DNA of 54,482 nucleotides from an uncultured beta proteobacterium (lineage in GTDB: Bacteria; Pseudomonadota; Gammaproteobacteria; Burkholderiales; Burkholderiaceae_C): NCBI GenBank assembly GCA_903914615.1, contig CAIWPS010000719.1, positions 1 through 54,482 on the forward strand, given 5' to 3'. Numbering within the stretch: the stretch's first letter is position 1; each line of letters opens with the position of its first letter. Below the pieces are notes generated by a model that had not been told where the DNA came from, made no database searches, and saw only the letters and a list, made by a program, of their open reading frames with translations. Of this stretch, positions 26,700 to 34,670 are shown piece by piece. The position numbers and the translations under genes were made by a program.

Positions 26700-26746
26700 G
26701 ACTGTTAATCCGTAGGTCCCTGGTTCGAGCCCAGGTCGGGGAGCCA
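26700..26746 (+). other. attP core = 3' half of tRNA-Asn(GTT)
   Basis: GACTGTTAATC anticodon loop, GGTTCGAGCC T-arm, CCA end; 5' half absent. Confidence 0.9.
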
Positions 26747-26766
26747 TCCCTCATGCGAAGAGAATC

Positions 26767-26796
26767 AAGGCCTTGCAGCGATGCGAGGCCTTTTTT
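26767..26796 (+). terminator. Intrinsic terminator after the tRNA fragment
   Basis: AAGGCCTTGCA-GCGA-TGCGAGGCCTT followed by TTTT. Confidence 0.8.
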
Positions 26797-26866
26797 GTTG
26801 CCCGCTCGAAAACCGTCGATATTGGAAAGATATTGGGATGATTCCAATATCCAGTACCGTCGCACC

Positions 26867-27160
26867 ATGCGAGTCATCGTCACCAAGCTCATGGACAAGG
26901 GCCTGCCGCGCCGCTCGCGCGCCATGCCGATCGACGCCCTGCTCCGCTCGCACCGCGACGAGGCAGGCCGCCTCGTCTACCAGCTCTTCTACCCGGACGG
27001 CGGCGGCTCTGCGGCCATCGTCGGCTCGCACCTGATCGCGCCGCAGTGCGGCGACGTCGACAAGAAGGCCATCTACTACGGCTTCGAGCGCGCCGGCGGC
27101 ACCGTCGACGGGCCTCTGGTGGCGCAGGCGTGGGAAGTCGAGCTGCCGGCGCGGCGCTGA
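26867..27160 (+). CDS. Hypothetical protein
   Basis: MRVIVTKLMDKG...; 97 aa. Confidence 0.55.
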   Translation: MRVIVTKLMDKGLPRRSRAMPIDALLRSHRDEAGRLVYQLFYPDGGGSAAIVGSHLIAPQCGDVDKKAIYYGFERAGGTVDGPLVAQAWEVELPARR

Positions 27161-27286
27161 CCCCCACCTGGGATGACGATCCGGTCGAAGACTTTTCTCC
27201 CGGGACAAACCCTCGAAAATTGAAAGCCCGGCGAGCAGGATGCTCACCGGGCCTGAAGACGCCTTGCCGGGCGCCGGTTTCGAGCG

Positions 27287-27670
27287 TCAGGCGCTGGGCG
27301 CGCTCGCGCCGGTCGATGCGGGCATCGGCGCCGCGGGCGTCAGCGCAGCAGTGACCTTGGCCTCTTCGGTTTGCAGCGCGCCGGCGGCGGTGTCGGCCGC
27401 GTTCCCGATGGCCGTGATGGCGTCGATCTGGGCCTGCGTGGCGGGCTGACCGGAGGCGACGGAGGCTGCGAGCGCAGCCAGAGCCGCGTCGGTCTTCGCG
27501 TTGGCGTTGGCGACTTCGGTAGCGAGGGCCGCAACCTTGGCGGCGGTGTCGGCGGTGGCTTGGTCGATCGTGGTCATGATGCTTCTTTCGAGGTGGAGGA
27601 GAAATTCCGCGAGGTGCCGGTTGGTGATCGGCCCGCTCCCGGGGTTGTGGAAAAGTTCGCTGAGGGTCAT
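27287..27670 (-). CDS. Ala-rich coiled-coil protein at the end of the lysis cassette
   Basis: Heptad Ala/Thr-rich ORF. Confidence 0.6.
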   Translation of the reverse strand: MTLSELFHNPGSGPITNRHLAEFLLHLERSIMTTIDQATADTAAKVAALATEVANANAKTDAALAALAASVASGQPATQAQIDAITAIGNAADTAAGALQTEEAKVTAALTPAAPMPASTGASAPSA

Positions 27671-27700
27671 GGCTTGGGTCGGTGGTAGCTGTCGGAGCCG

Positions 27701-28240
27701 CTAGAACCGCACGCCGGCACGCAGTTGGGCCTGCACGCGTCCGTCCTGCTGCCGCGCCAGCTGCGCGCCCAGCACCAGCTTGCCGACGTCGCGATCGATC
27801 CAGACGCCTACCGAATGGTCTGTGCCGTAGCTCAGCCCCGCGGCCCAGGGCTTCGGCGGCAGCGGCACCAGGCCGGGTTCGATGGGGATGTCCAGCGCGC
27901 TCACCACGGTGCCGTCCGGGCTGCTGGCGATGACGCGGCGGCCGTTGTCCGGCATGCGCACCAGCGACAGGTCGACCTCGACGCTGGAGGCGGCCGGCGC
28001 AGGCGCCACGACGATGGACTCGCGGCGCTCCTCGACGGCGCCCTTGGGCAGCACGTGCCGCGGCGGCGCCGGCTTCGGATCTGGCGCGCGCTGGGCGATC
28101 ACGCTGCCGTCGGCCTGGCGCACCTGTGGCGCCGGGGTGACGATCTCGTGCACTGGCGCTGGCGGCCACAAGGCCCACGCCAGCACCGCCGCGACGATCG
28201 CCAGCACGCCGACGATCTCGAGCCAGCGCAGCGTGGACAT
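27701..28240 (-). CDS. Membrane-anchored lysis-region protein (possible spanin-like)
   Basis: N-terminal TM, Pro-rich linker, C-terminal beta-strands ending AGVRF. Confidence 0.55.
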   Translation of the reverse strand: MSTLRWLEIVGVLAIVAAVLAWALWPPAPVHEIVTPAPQVRQADGSVIAQRAPDPKPAPPRHVLPKGAVEERRESIVVAPAPAASSVEVDLSLVRMPDNGRRVIASSPDGTVVSALDIPIEPGLVPLPPKPWAAGLSYGTDHSVGVWIDRDVGKLVLGAQLARQQDGRVQAQLRAGVRF

Positions 28241-28596
28241 CACGCCGCCGGCGTCGCTGCGGACGCCTTCGCCGCGACCTGGCGCGCGCTGAGCGCAGCA
28301 ACGGTCTGGGCGGCCAGCGCGTCCTTCTTGGCCATCGCGGCAGTGGCCTCGGCGATCTTCGCGAGCTCTGTCGACTTGTCGGTGGCCCACAGGATGAAGC
28401 GCTGGCCGGCGGCCACGATGTCGGCCTCGAGGTCGGGCAGATCCGCTTTCACGGTGGCGGCGACCTTCTTGGCGTCGGCGATCGCGACGCCTTCGGCCTT
28501 TCCGACGGTGCTGGTGGGCGCGAAGCGGTGGATCAGGAAAAGGACGGCGAGTACCGCGACGGCGATCAGGATGGCTTGGGCGATGGTGGGGGTCAT
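28240..28596 (-). CDS. N-terminal TM + coiled-coil protein (Rz/i-spanin-like)
   Basis: TM segment then Ala/Lys-rich helix; lysis context. Confidence 0.5.
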   Translation of the reverse strand: MTPTIAQAILIAVAVLAVLFLIHRFAPTSTVGKAEGVAIADAKKVAATVKADLPDLEADIVAAGQRFILWATDKSTELAKIAEATAAMAKKDALAAQTVAALSARQVAAKASAATPAA

Positions 28597-28883
28597 GGGG
28601 TTTCCTTTGTCGTGGTTGTGGTGGTAGAGGAAGGGGCGGCCACGTCCGCCGCTGCCTGCGCTTGAAGTTGAATCGTCTCGTCCTTGGCGGCGCTGCTGGA
28701 GCTGCTGGAGAAGTACCAGGCAAGCACCGCCTTCGACTCGGCGAAGACGTAGCCGATGACAATGCCGATCTGGCCGGCGGCGGCGGGATCCTTGTTGACG
28801 TGGCCGGTGACGACCGCCAGTCCCAGGCCCACGCTGCCTGCGACGGTCAGCATGGCGAGGGTGGTGCGGACGTCGAGGCGCAT
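28593..28883 (-). CDS. Putative holin
   Basis: Two TM segments; WYFSSSSSS motif. Confidence 0.65.
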   Translation of the reverse strand: MRLDVRTTLAMLTVAGSVGLGLAVVTGHVNKDPAAAGQIGIVIGYVFAESKAVLAWYFSSSSSSAAKDETIQLQAQAAADVAAPSSTTTTTTKETP

Positions 28884-29194
28884 CAGGTCACCTCGCCGTT
28901 GGTGACGAAGCCGTGCCAGGGACAGCTGGGCGTGCAGTCGACGCTGGGCTTCAAAGTCAAGTCTCCGAAGCCCGTGCCGCTGACTTCCCAGCGGGAGGGT
29001 TTGCCTTCGCGGCCCTGCGATCCTTGGTCGTCCGCCAGACCGCGGCCCGCGAAGCTGACCAGCACGTGGTGGCCGCGGCCGTCACGGCAGACCGGGCATT
29101 CGAACCAGATCGACTGCGCCTGGTCGAACCGCACGCCCATCAGCGTGCGGCCCTCGTGGCGCAGAAACTCGGGGGCGAGGTCGACGAGCCGCAT
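28883..29194 (-). CDS. DUF6527-like metal-binding protein
   Basis: CPVC...H...TLKPSV...CPWHGFVTNG. Confidence 0.65.
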   Translation of the reverse strand: MRLVDLAPEFLRHEGRTLMGVRFDQAQSIWFECPVCRDGRGHHVLVSFAGRGLADDQGSQGREGKPSRWEVSGTGFGDLTLKPSVDCTPSCPWHGFVTNGEVT

Positions 29195-29637
29195 CACGGC
29201 ACCTGCTGCCATTGACCGGTCAGGAAGGCAGCAGCGCAGCGCTCGGCCCGGCCCGGCGTCTGCGAGTGCCACTTCGAGGCAAGCACGCCGTCGTGAGCCC
29301 CCTGCCAGTCGCCGGCCGCCAAGCAGCCCAGCGTGTGCGGAAATCCCAGCACGCCGCCGACACCCATCTGGAACGCCATGGACACGACGTAGGCCTGGCG
29401 CACCGGGTCGAGGCCTTTGACCTGCGGCCAGTGCGCGGCGATGCCGTCGCGAGCGTAGGCGAAGTCGACGGCGAATACCGCGTCGACCTTCTCGTCGCTC
29501 CAGACATCGCCCGGGTGCGGCTGGCCGTCGGTGTACTTGTGGCCGATGCCGTTGGTCCAGAAGCCCTGGTTGTCGATGTAGGCCTCGGTCTCGCGACCCT
29601 CTTCGGCCACCAGGAGGGATTCGTTGTCGGTGATCAT
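29194..29637 (-). CDS. Endolysin, GH24 lysozyme
   Basis: EEG....YID..GFWTNGIGH...MAFQMG...SKWHSQTPGRA. Confidence 0.92.
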   Translation of the reverse strand: MITDNESLLVAEEGRETEAYIDNQGFWTNGIGHKYTDGQPHPGDVWSDEKVDAVFAVDFAYARDGIAAHWPQVKGLDPVRQAYVVSMAFQMGVGGVLGFPHTLGCLAAGDWQGAHDGVLASKWHSQTPGRAERCAAAFLTGQWQQVP

Positions 29638-29650
29638 GGTGTTTCGTCCT

Positions 29651-29845
29651 TCAGGGAAATCTCTTGGGTGGAGCAATGGGGAGCGGCATGTCCGTTCGCA
29701 CCTTGCCCTCGGCGTTCTCGAAAATTCCGGGCGATCCGGGCCGAGGCCGCCATTCCGGGCCTGGCGTTGGCTTGGGCTTCTCGACCTTCTCGCCGAACGG
29801 CTTGAAGGGCGGTTCGGGATTCAGGTCGTCGGTGGTGCGGGTCAT
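29651..29845 (-). CDS. Small Pro-rich protein
   Basis: MTRTTDDLNPEPP... Confidence 0.45.
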   Translation of the reverse strand: MTRTTDDLNPEPPFKPFGEKVEKPKPTPGPEWRPRPGSPGIFENAEGKVRTDMPLPIAPPKRFP

Positions 29846-30153
29846 CGCCGGTTCTCCTTGGCTCCCTCGAGCGCTGTGACGCGCCGACCCAGCTCGTCGA
29901 TGCGCAAGTCCTGCTTGATGTCGATTCCGTCCTTGGCCGCCATCAGCGCAGCCATCGCCTTGACCTGTTGCGTGAGGTCCTGGATCTGGTCCGACTGGTG
30001 GCGGATCTCGGCGGCTTGCAAGGCCTGGCCATTCCAGACCAGAACGGCCTGCACGAGCAGTCCGCCAACGACGCTCAGGACGCCCCAAAGCGGGATCTTT
30101 CGATCGATGGTGACCGCGTCGGGGTCGGTTTCCCGGGTGTGGGTCGAGATCAT
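29842..30153 (-). CDS. TM + coiled-coil protein (holin/antiholin-like)
   Basis: IDRKIPLWGVL TM segment; lies before the endolysin. Confidence 0.6.
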   Translation of the reverse strand: MISTHTRETDPDAVTIDRKIPLWGVLSVVGGLLVQAVLVWNGQALQAAEIRHQSDQIQDLTQQVKAMAALMAAKDGIDIKQDLRIDELGRRVTALEGAKENRR

Positions 30154-32177
30154 CAGCTCACCCCCGGGCCGCTGACCCAGTAGACGTTGGGCGCAAGCAG
30201 CTCGCATTTGGCGATACCGTTCGGAGCGACCGTGCGCGTGCCAGTGGTCGCCGTGCCGGTCAAGATGATCGTCACGCCCGAGTCGGCGATCAACGACAGA
30301 TTCGCCGTGGTGCCGCCGTGGAAGGCGTAGAAGACCGAGCCGGGCTCGATCTGTGCGTCCGTGGTGTTCGGAAGCGTCCACGAGACCGCGGTGACGCCGT
30401 TCTTGATCTTGTAGCGGCCGATGTCGGACTGCTTGAACGTGTAGGCGACATTGCCGACGACGTCCTGGTTCACGCCGCCGGGCGTGGCCCAGTTCTCAGC
30501 GTTGCTGTAGGTCCCGCGGATCTTGTACTGCTTGCCCACCGACGCGGTGTCGTCGGTCGGAACGCGCACGCTGATCGAGTTGCCCACCTGTCCGGCGGTG
30601 TCGTTCTGCACGATCAGCGGCTGGGCCGTGACGATGTCCGTGATCGTCAAGTCCTCGACGCGCCAACCCTTGAACAGCATGCTCGTGTCAGCGGTCTTGA
30701 TGACCGGAGAGGCCACGCCGATGCTGCCGTGCATGTTGCAGTAGCAGTTGCGCATCGTGACGTTCTCGGGCTGGAAGCGCACGTTGCCCGTGGTGTTGGT
30801 GCTCTCGGCGTAGACCATGCACTGAGAGCCGCTCGACGACAGCTCGGCGTACACCGAGTCGATCGTCACCGCGCTGGCGAACCCGCTCAGGTAGATGCCG
30901 TAGTTCGACCACTGGAACCCACCGCCGACGATGCGGCACTTCACGCCGTTGAGGTAAGCGAACACGCCCAATTGCTGGCCGCCGAGCGCCGTCATGAAGC
31001 AATCGCGGATCGTGACCCGAGAGTTGCCGCCGTCGTAGCCCGTCCGGTTGGTCGGATCGATGGCGTATGGCGGGCTGCCGCTGGGCGTGCGCGCCAGACC
31101 GTTGAACGCAATGAAGTTCTCGCCGCCGCTGCCATTGAGCACCAGCAGCCGGCAATTCTCGACGATGGCATCCCAGTTTCCGTATTGGCCCAGGATGCAG
31201 TAGCTGGTGCCGTTGCCGCAGTCAACAAAGGTGCAGTTGCGGATCCGCGGCTCGGTGATGAATTCGTTGATGTAGATAACGTGCGCCGCGGTCGTGCAGT
31301 TTTCGAAGCGCAGACCGTCAACGGTGTACTCGGCGTTGAGCTGGATGTTCGAGCCCGATAGACCATCGGGCCCCAGCTTGATGGCGTAGCTGGTGCCGGT
31401 GTAGTTGAGCGTCGCGGCCTGGTTCGAAAAGATCGCCACGGGGCGCGTGAACCAAAGCGTGCCGCTGTACTTGTAGAACCCTTGCGTCAGGAAGACGGCC
31501 ACGGGGTAGCGATCGGTGTTCGGGATGGCATTGATGAACGTGACGAAGGCCTGCCAGGCCGTGTTGTCGTCGGTCACTCCGTCGGCCTTCACGCCGAACT
31601 GCCTGGGCGCGTAGAGCGCCTGGGTGGACAACTTCCAGCGGCCACCATCAGCCGCGACGAAGATGCTGCCGCCGTTGTCGGCGCTCGTCGTGTCGGTGGG
31701 GTCGTAGTAGTACTGACCGCCGCCGCCGTCGCCCGCTGCGTAGTAGCCCAGCACCTGGGCCTTGCCGACGCCTGTTTTCACTAGGGCCTTGAGCGCCGCC
31801 ACGTTGGCAACGACGCGCCCGGACCCGCCTACAAGATCCGCGCCGAATCCGTTGCCGGAGTTCTGCAGCTGCGCGATCGGAGAAATCGGGATGTTGTCGA
31901 TTGTCCAGTACGGGCTGGTAGGCGGGTCGCTGTCGTTCGCCGGGGATACCGTCACCTTGTAGGCCAGAGTCTGGTCGAGCCAGATTGGCGCCTCGCCGCG
32001 CGAGTCCAGGATCACCGGATTCTGATTCGGTGTTCCGCCGGTCGAGTCGGTGTAGCTGTTCTGCTTCGTGGTCGTGCCGGCGGCGTAGGTGAAGACCTTG
32101 CCTCCGCTCAGCGGGTTGCCGTTCGAGTCGGTGAAGCGCTGCTTGGGCAGCGGAGAGAGTTGAACGCTCGCGGTCAT
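30153..32177 (-). CDS. Tailspike / receptor-binding protein (beta-helix)
   Basis: GGKVFTYAAGTTT..NPVILD.RGEA head-binding domain; GYY..GDGGGG; FG.KADG.TDD; beta-helix repeats. Confidence 0.88.
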   Translation of the reverse strand: MTASVQLSPLPKQRFTDSNGNPLSGGKVFTYAAGTTTKQNSYTDSTGGTPNQNPVILDSRGEAPIWLDQTLAYKVTVSPANDSDPPTSPYWTIDNIPISPIAQLQNSGNGFGADLVGGSGRVVANVAALKALVKTGVGKAQVLGYYAAGDGGGGQYYYDPTDTTSADNGGSIFVAADGGRWKLSTQALYAPRQFGVKADGVTDDNTAWQAFVTFINAIPNTDRYPVAVFLTQGFYKYSGTLWFTRPVAIFSNQAATLNYTGTSYAIKLGPDGLSGSNIQLNAEYTVDGLRFENCTTAAHVIYINEFITEPRIRNCTFVDCGNGTSYCILGQYGNWDAIVENCRLLVLNGSGGENFIAFNGLARTPSGSPPYAIDPTNRTGYDGGNSRVTIRDCFMTALGGQQLGVFAYLNGVKCRIVGGGFQWSNYGIYLSGFASAVTIDSVYAELSSSGSQCMVYAESTNTTGNVRFQPENVTMRNCYCNMHGSIGVASPVIKTADTSMLFKGWRVEDLTITDIVTAQPLIVQNDTAGQVGNSISVRVPTDDTASVGKQYKIRGTYSNAENWATPGGVNQDVVGNVAYTFKQSDIGRYKIKNGVTAVSWTLPNTTDAQIEPGSVFYAFHGGTTANLSLIADSGVTIILTGTATTGTRTVAPNGIAKCELLAPNVYWVSGPGVS

Positions 32178-33499
32178 TCGGCCTCCATCTGGGTGGCGTA
32201 GCCGAGCTTGTGCAGCTCGGGCAGTTGCTTCTGAACCTTCACCCCGATGTCGTTGCGCACGATCATGTTGGGCAGGCTGATCTCGTCGATCACGCCGTAG
32301 ACCGCCTTGCGCGCCTTCTCGATCGTCTTGCCCAAGCCGGTGGCCACGAGCACGTATTCGCCGGTGGTCTGGAACTGCGGCGCGTCGACGACCTGACCGT
32401 CTTTCATCGCCTCGCCCTTGCCCACCATGACCTGCACCGGGTGGATGTCGTCCCAGACCGCCTCGAGGCCCTGGATCGGGTTGCCCTCGACCATCTCCGG
32501 CGTCGACGTGTCGTACGGGTATTGCGGCTGCGAGCAGACGACGCCGATCGCGACATCGCGCGAGACCTTGAGCGTGTCGTGACCCAGGCATGCGTCGCGC
32601 ATCCACTGCGCCGGGTCGCCCTTGTGCATGGCGGTTCGGATGTAGGAGTCCGGCCACCCGGCCCGGCAGGTGAACTCGAACGGGTAGTACTTCCCGTCCT
32701 TGGCGACGCCGCCGTTGACGGCGAGGTCGCCGGTGTGGCCCATCTTGCGGAACTCGTCCTCGAGCGGCTTCAGGATCTCTTCGGCTGGCTTAAGCTCGTC
32801 GACGTACTGGCACACCGTGCCCTGCTCGCCGGTGTTCGGGCCGAAGTCGCCGGACATCAGCTTCTTGTGCTCGAAGCTGATCTCCCACTTGCCGGGCAGA
32901 AAGCCGTCGCGGCCCATCCAGCCCGCAGCGCCCACCTCGGCCACCATCTCGACCTTCTCCTGCAGCATGCAAGGTCCCTTGAGCACGAGGCCTTGGGCCT
33001 GCTTGCGGCGAAGCCAGCCAACGAGTTCGGCGGGATCCTTGGCGACGAACGACAGACTCTTGTCTTCTTCGTCGCCCATGGTCTTGAAGACGTAGGACTG
33101 GTCGGCCTTGCGCGCGTGCGCCTCGGCGGCCTTGAGGCTGTCGAAGATCTTGAAGGGCGGGATGTTGGCGCCGACTTTCTCCATCAGCTTCATGCCGGCG
33201 GAGCGGTTGATCTCCATCTGCGCCGACTTGAACGACGGTGAGAAGATCGGGAAGCCGAATTCGCGAAAGGCGTCGAGCTCCTTGAGAAACTTGTGGTTGG
33301 CCGTGGTCAGGATCAGGCCCTGCTTGGCCCACTTCATGTGGTCGCGCCACTTCGTGACGAACTCGATGCCCTTGAAGCCCTCGCCGTCGCGCACCGGGCG
33401 CTTCGAGTACCGGAACCACTTCACCGCGTGGCCGGCGTCGACGCAGCGCTGAGCGAAGTCGAGCCCGCAACGGTCAGCATCGATAAGCAAAATGTTCAT
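32174..33499 (-). CDS. PurD/GARS-like ATP-grasp ligase
   Basis: EHKKLMSGDFGPNTGEQG, EFTCRAGWP, ARKAVY..I..I......RNDIG. Confidence 0.85.
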   Translation of the reverse strand: MNILLIDADRCGLDFAQRCVDAGHAVKWFRYSKRPVRDGEGFKGIEFVTKWRDHMKWAKQGLILTTANHKFLKELDAFREFGFPIFSPSFKSAQMEINRSAGMKLMEKVGANIPPFKIFDSLKAAEAHARKADQSYVFKTMGDEEDKSLSFVAKDPAELVGWLRRKQAQGLVLKGPCMLQEKVEMVAEVGAAGWMGRDGFLPGKWEISFEHKKLMSGDFGPNTGEQGTVCQYVDELKPAEEILKPLEDEFRKMGHTGDLAVNGGVAKDGKYYPFEFTCRAGWPDSYIRTAMHKGDPAQWMRDACLGHDTLKVSRDVAIGVVCSQPQYPYDTSTPEMVEGNPIQGLEAVWDDIHPVQVMVGKGEAMKDGQVVDAPQFQTTGEYVLVATGLGKTIEKARKAVYGVIDEISLPNMIVRNDIGVKVQKQLPELHKLGYATQMEAE

Positions 33500-33534
33500 G
33501 ACAATTGACCCGCATTGACCAAGAATCGAGGCCC

Positions 33535-34029
33535 ATGAAAGCCTTCACGCGCGAGCAATCCATCGACCTGTTTTCCGCCAAGTTCTCGAAGGGCGATGGC
33601 TGCTGGGAATGGACGGCCAGCAGAAACCGCAACGGCTACGGGAATTTCAGATCGCGCACCTTCTTCCCTGGCGAGCTGCTCGCGCACCGCATCTCGTGGC
33701 TCATCCACAAGGGCGACATCCCTGCCGGACTGCAGGTGCTGCACAACTGCGACAACCCGTGCTGCGTTCGCCCGGACCACCTGTTTCTTGGCACGATGGT
33801 CGACAACATGAAAGACATGGCCGCCAAGGGCCGCCATGCAACGAAACGGGGCACGGAGCATCTTCCGCGAGGCGCGGCGCACCACTATGCACAACGCGGC
33901 CCGAAGATCACGCGCCAGCAGGCGTGCGACATCAGGGCGTCGCGTGCGTCGAACAAGGCACTTTCCGACTTCCTCGAAGTCGACAGGTCGCTGATCTCGA
34001 AGATCCGCACCGGCCGCATTTGGAAGTAG
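33535..34029 (+). CDS. HNH homing endonuclease (opposite strand)
   Basis: CWEW...GYG...AHRISW...VLHNCDNP.CVRPDHLFLGT..DNM.DM. Confidence 0.92.
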   Translation: MKAFTREQSIDLFSAKFSKGDGCWEWTASRNRNGYGNFRSRTFFPGELLAHRISWLIHKGDIPAGLQVLHNCDNPCCVRPDHLFLGTMVDNMKDMAAKGRHATKRGTEHLPRGAAHHYAQRGPKITRQQACDIRASRASNKALSDFLEVDRSLISKIRTGRIWK

Positions 34030-34040
34030 AGCGCGTTCGG

Positions 34041-34415
34041 TCATCGCACCACCCCGTAGCCATCAAGGCCCAGCTCGCGGGCCATCAGGTGCTCCACGAG
34101 CATGGCGAAACGGTGCTCATTGCGGTACGGCGCCAGCGGGTGGTCTCCGGGCTCGTCGTCATCGGCCAGGCCGAGCGCGGGCGCCGTCACCATGTCGAAC
34201 TGATCCACCTGCGCCACGGTGATCTCGCGATCGATGCACAGCAGCGCTTCGACGAGTTCGTGAATCGCCACGCAAAGCTGGTGCTGCCCGGTAGGCATCG
34301 CCGGCTCGTCGCTGCTCACCCGGATCTGCAGGGTGTGGTCGGCGTCGAGCCACCAGTCTCCCCACGTGTCGTAGCGCTGCTGCGACGAGGCAATGGTCTC
34401 GATGACGATCTTCAT
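34041..34415 (-). CDS. Hypothetical protein with an HExxE metal-binding motif
   Basis: QRYDTWGDW, AIHELVE, EPGD...APY..EH. Confidence 0.75.
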   Translation of the reverse strand: MKIVIETIASSQQRYDTWGDWWLDADHTLQIRVSSDEPAMPTGQHQLCVAIHELVEALLCIDREITVAQVDQFDMVTAPALGLADDDEPGDHPLAPYRNEHRFAMLVEHLMARELGLDGYGVVR

Positions 34416-34433
34416 GACGCTACACTCCCGCCC

Positions 34434-34670
34434 ATGCCCACCTGGTTGATCGGAAAAGCGCTGGCGCCCTTCGTGGCGCTGCTGCTCGTGGCGTTCGTCA
34501 CCAGGCCCACCAGCCGCTGGGTGCAGCGGCGCATGCGCGAGGGCTGGCTCAAGCGCCTGCTGCTGATCGACAGCAACAGCAACCGCTTCGCGTACTCGAT
34601 CGGCTGCGTCGTCTTGATCGGGATGGTCTTGGCCATGTGCGTCTGGGCTTCCGTGTGGACCGGTCATTGA
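34434..34670 (+). CDS. Small two-TM moron-like membrane protein
   Basis: Two hydrophobic segments; TACACT 7 nt before the ATG; convergent with the ejection gene. Confidence 0.55.
   Translation: MPTWLIGKALAPFVALLLVAFVTRPTSRWVQRRMREGWLKRLLLIDSNSNRFAYSIGCVVLIGMVLAMCVWASVWTGH

Larger units (their letters stand above)
26577..26856. repeat. attP arm-type repeats
   Basis: CAATATCCAGTA at 26577 and 26845; ATATTGGAAAGA at 26637 and 26819. Confidence 0.75.

Noticed and set aside
26670-26746. Complete tRNA-Asn gene
   Set aside because: The 5' acceptor strand and D-arm are missing; it is the att core
32174-33499. Canonical purD auxiliary metabolic gene
   Set aside because: It lacks the N-terminal substrate motif and any pur context
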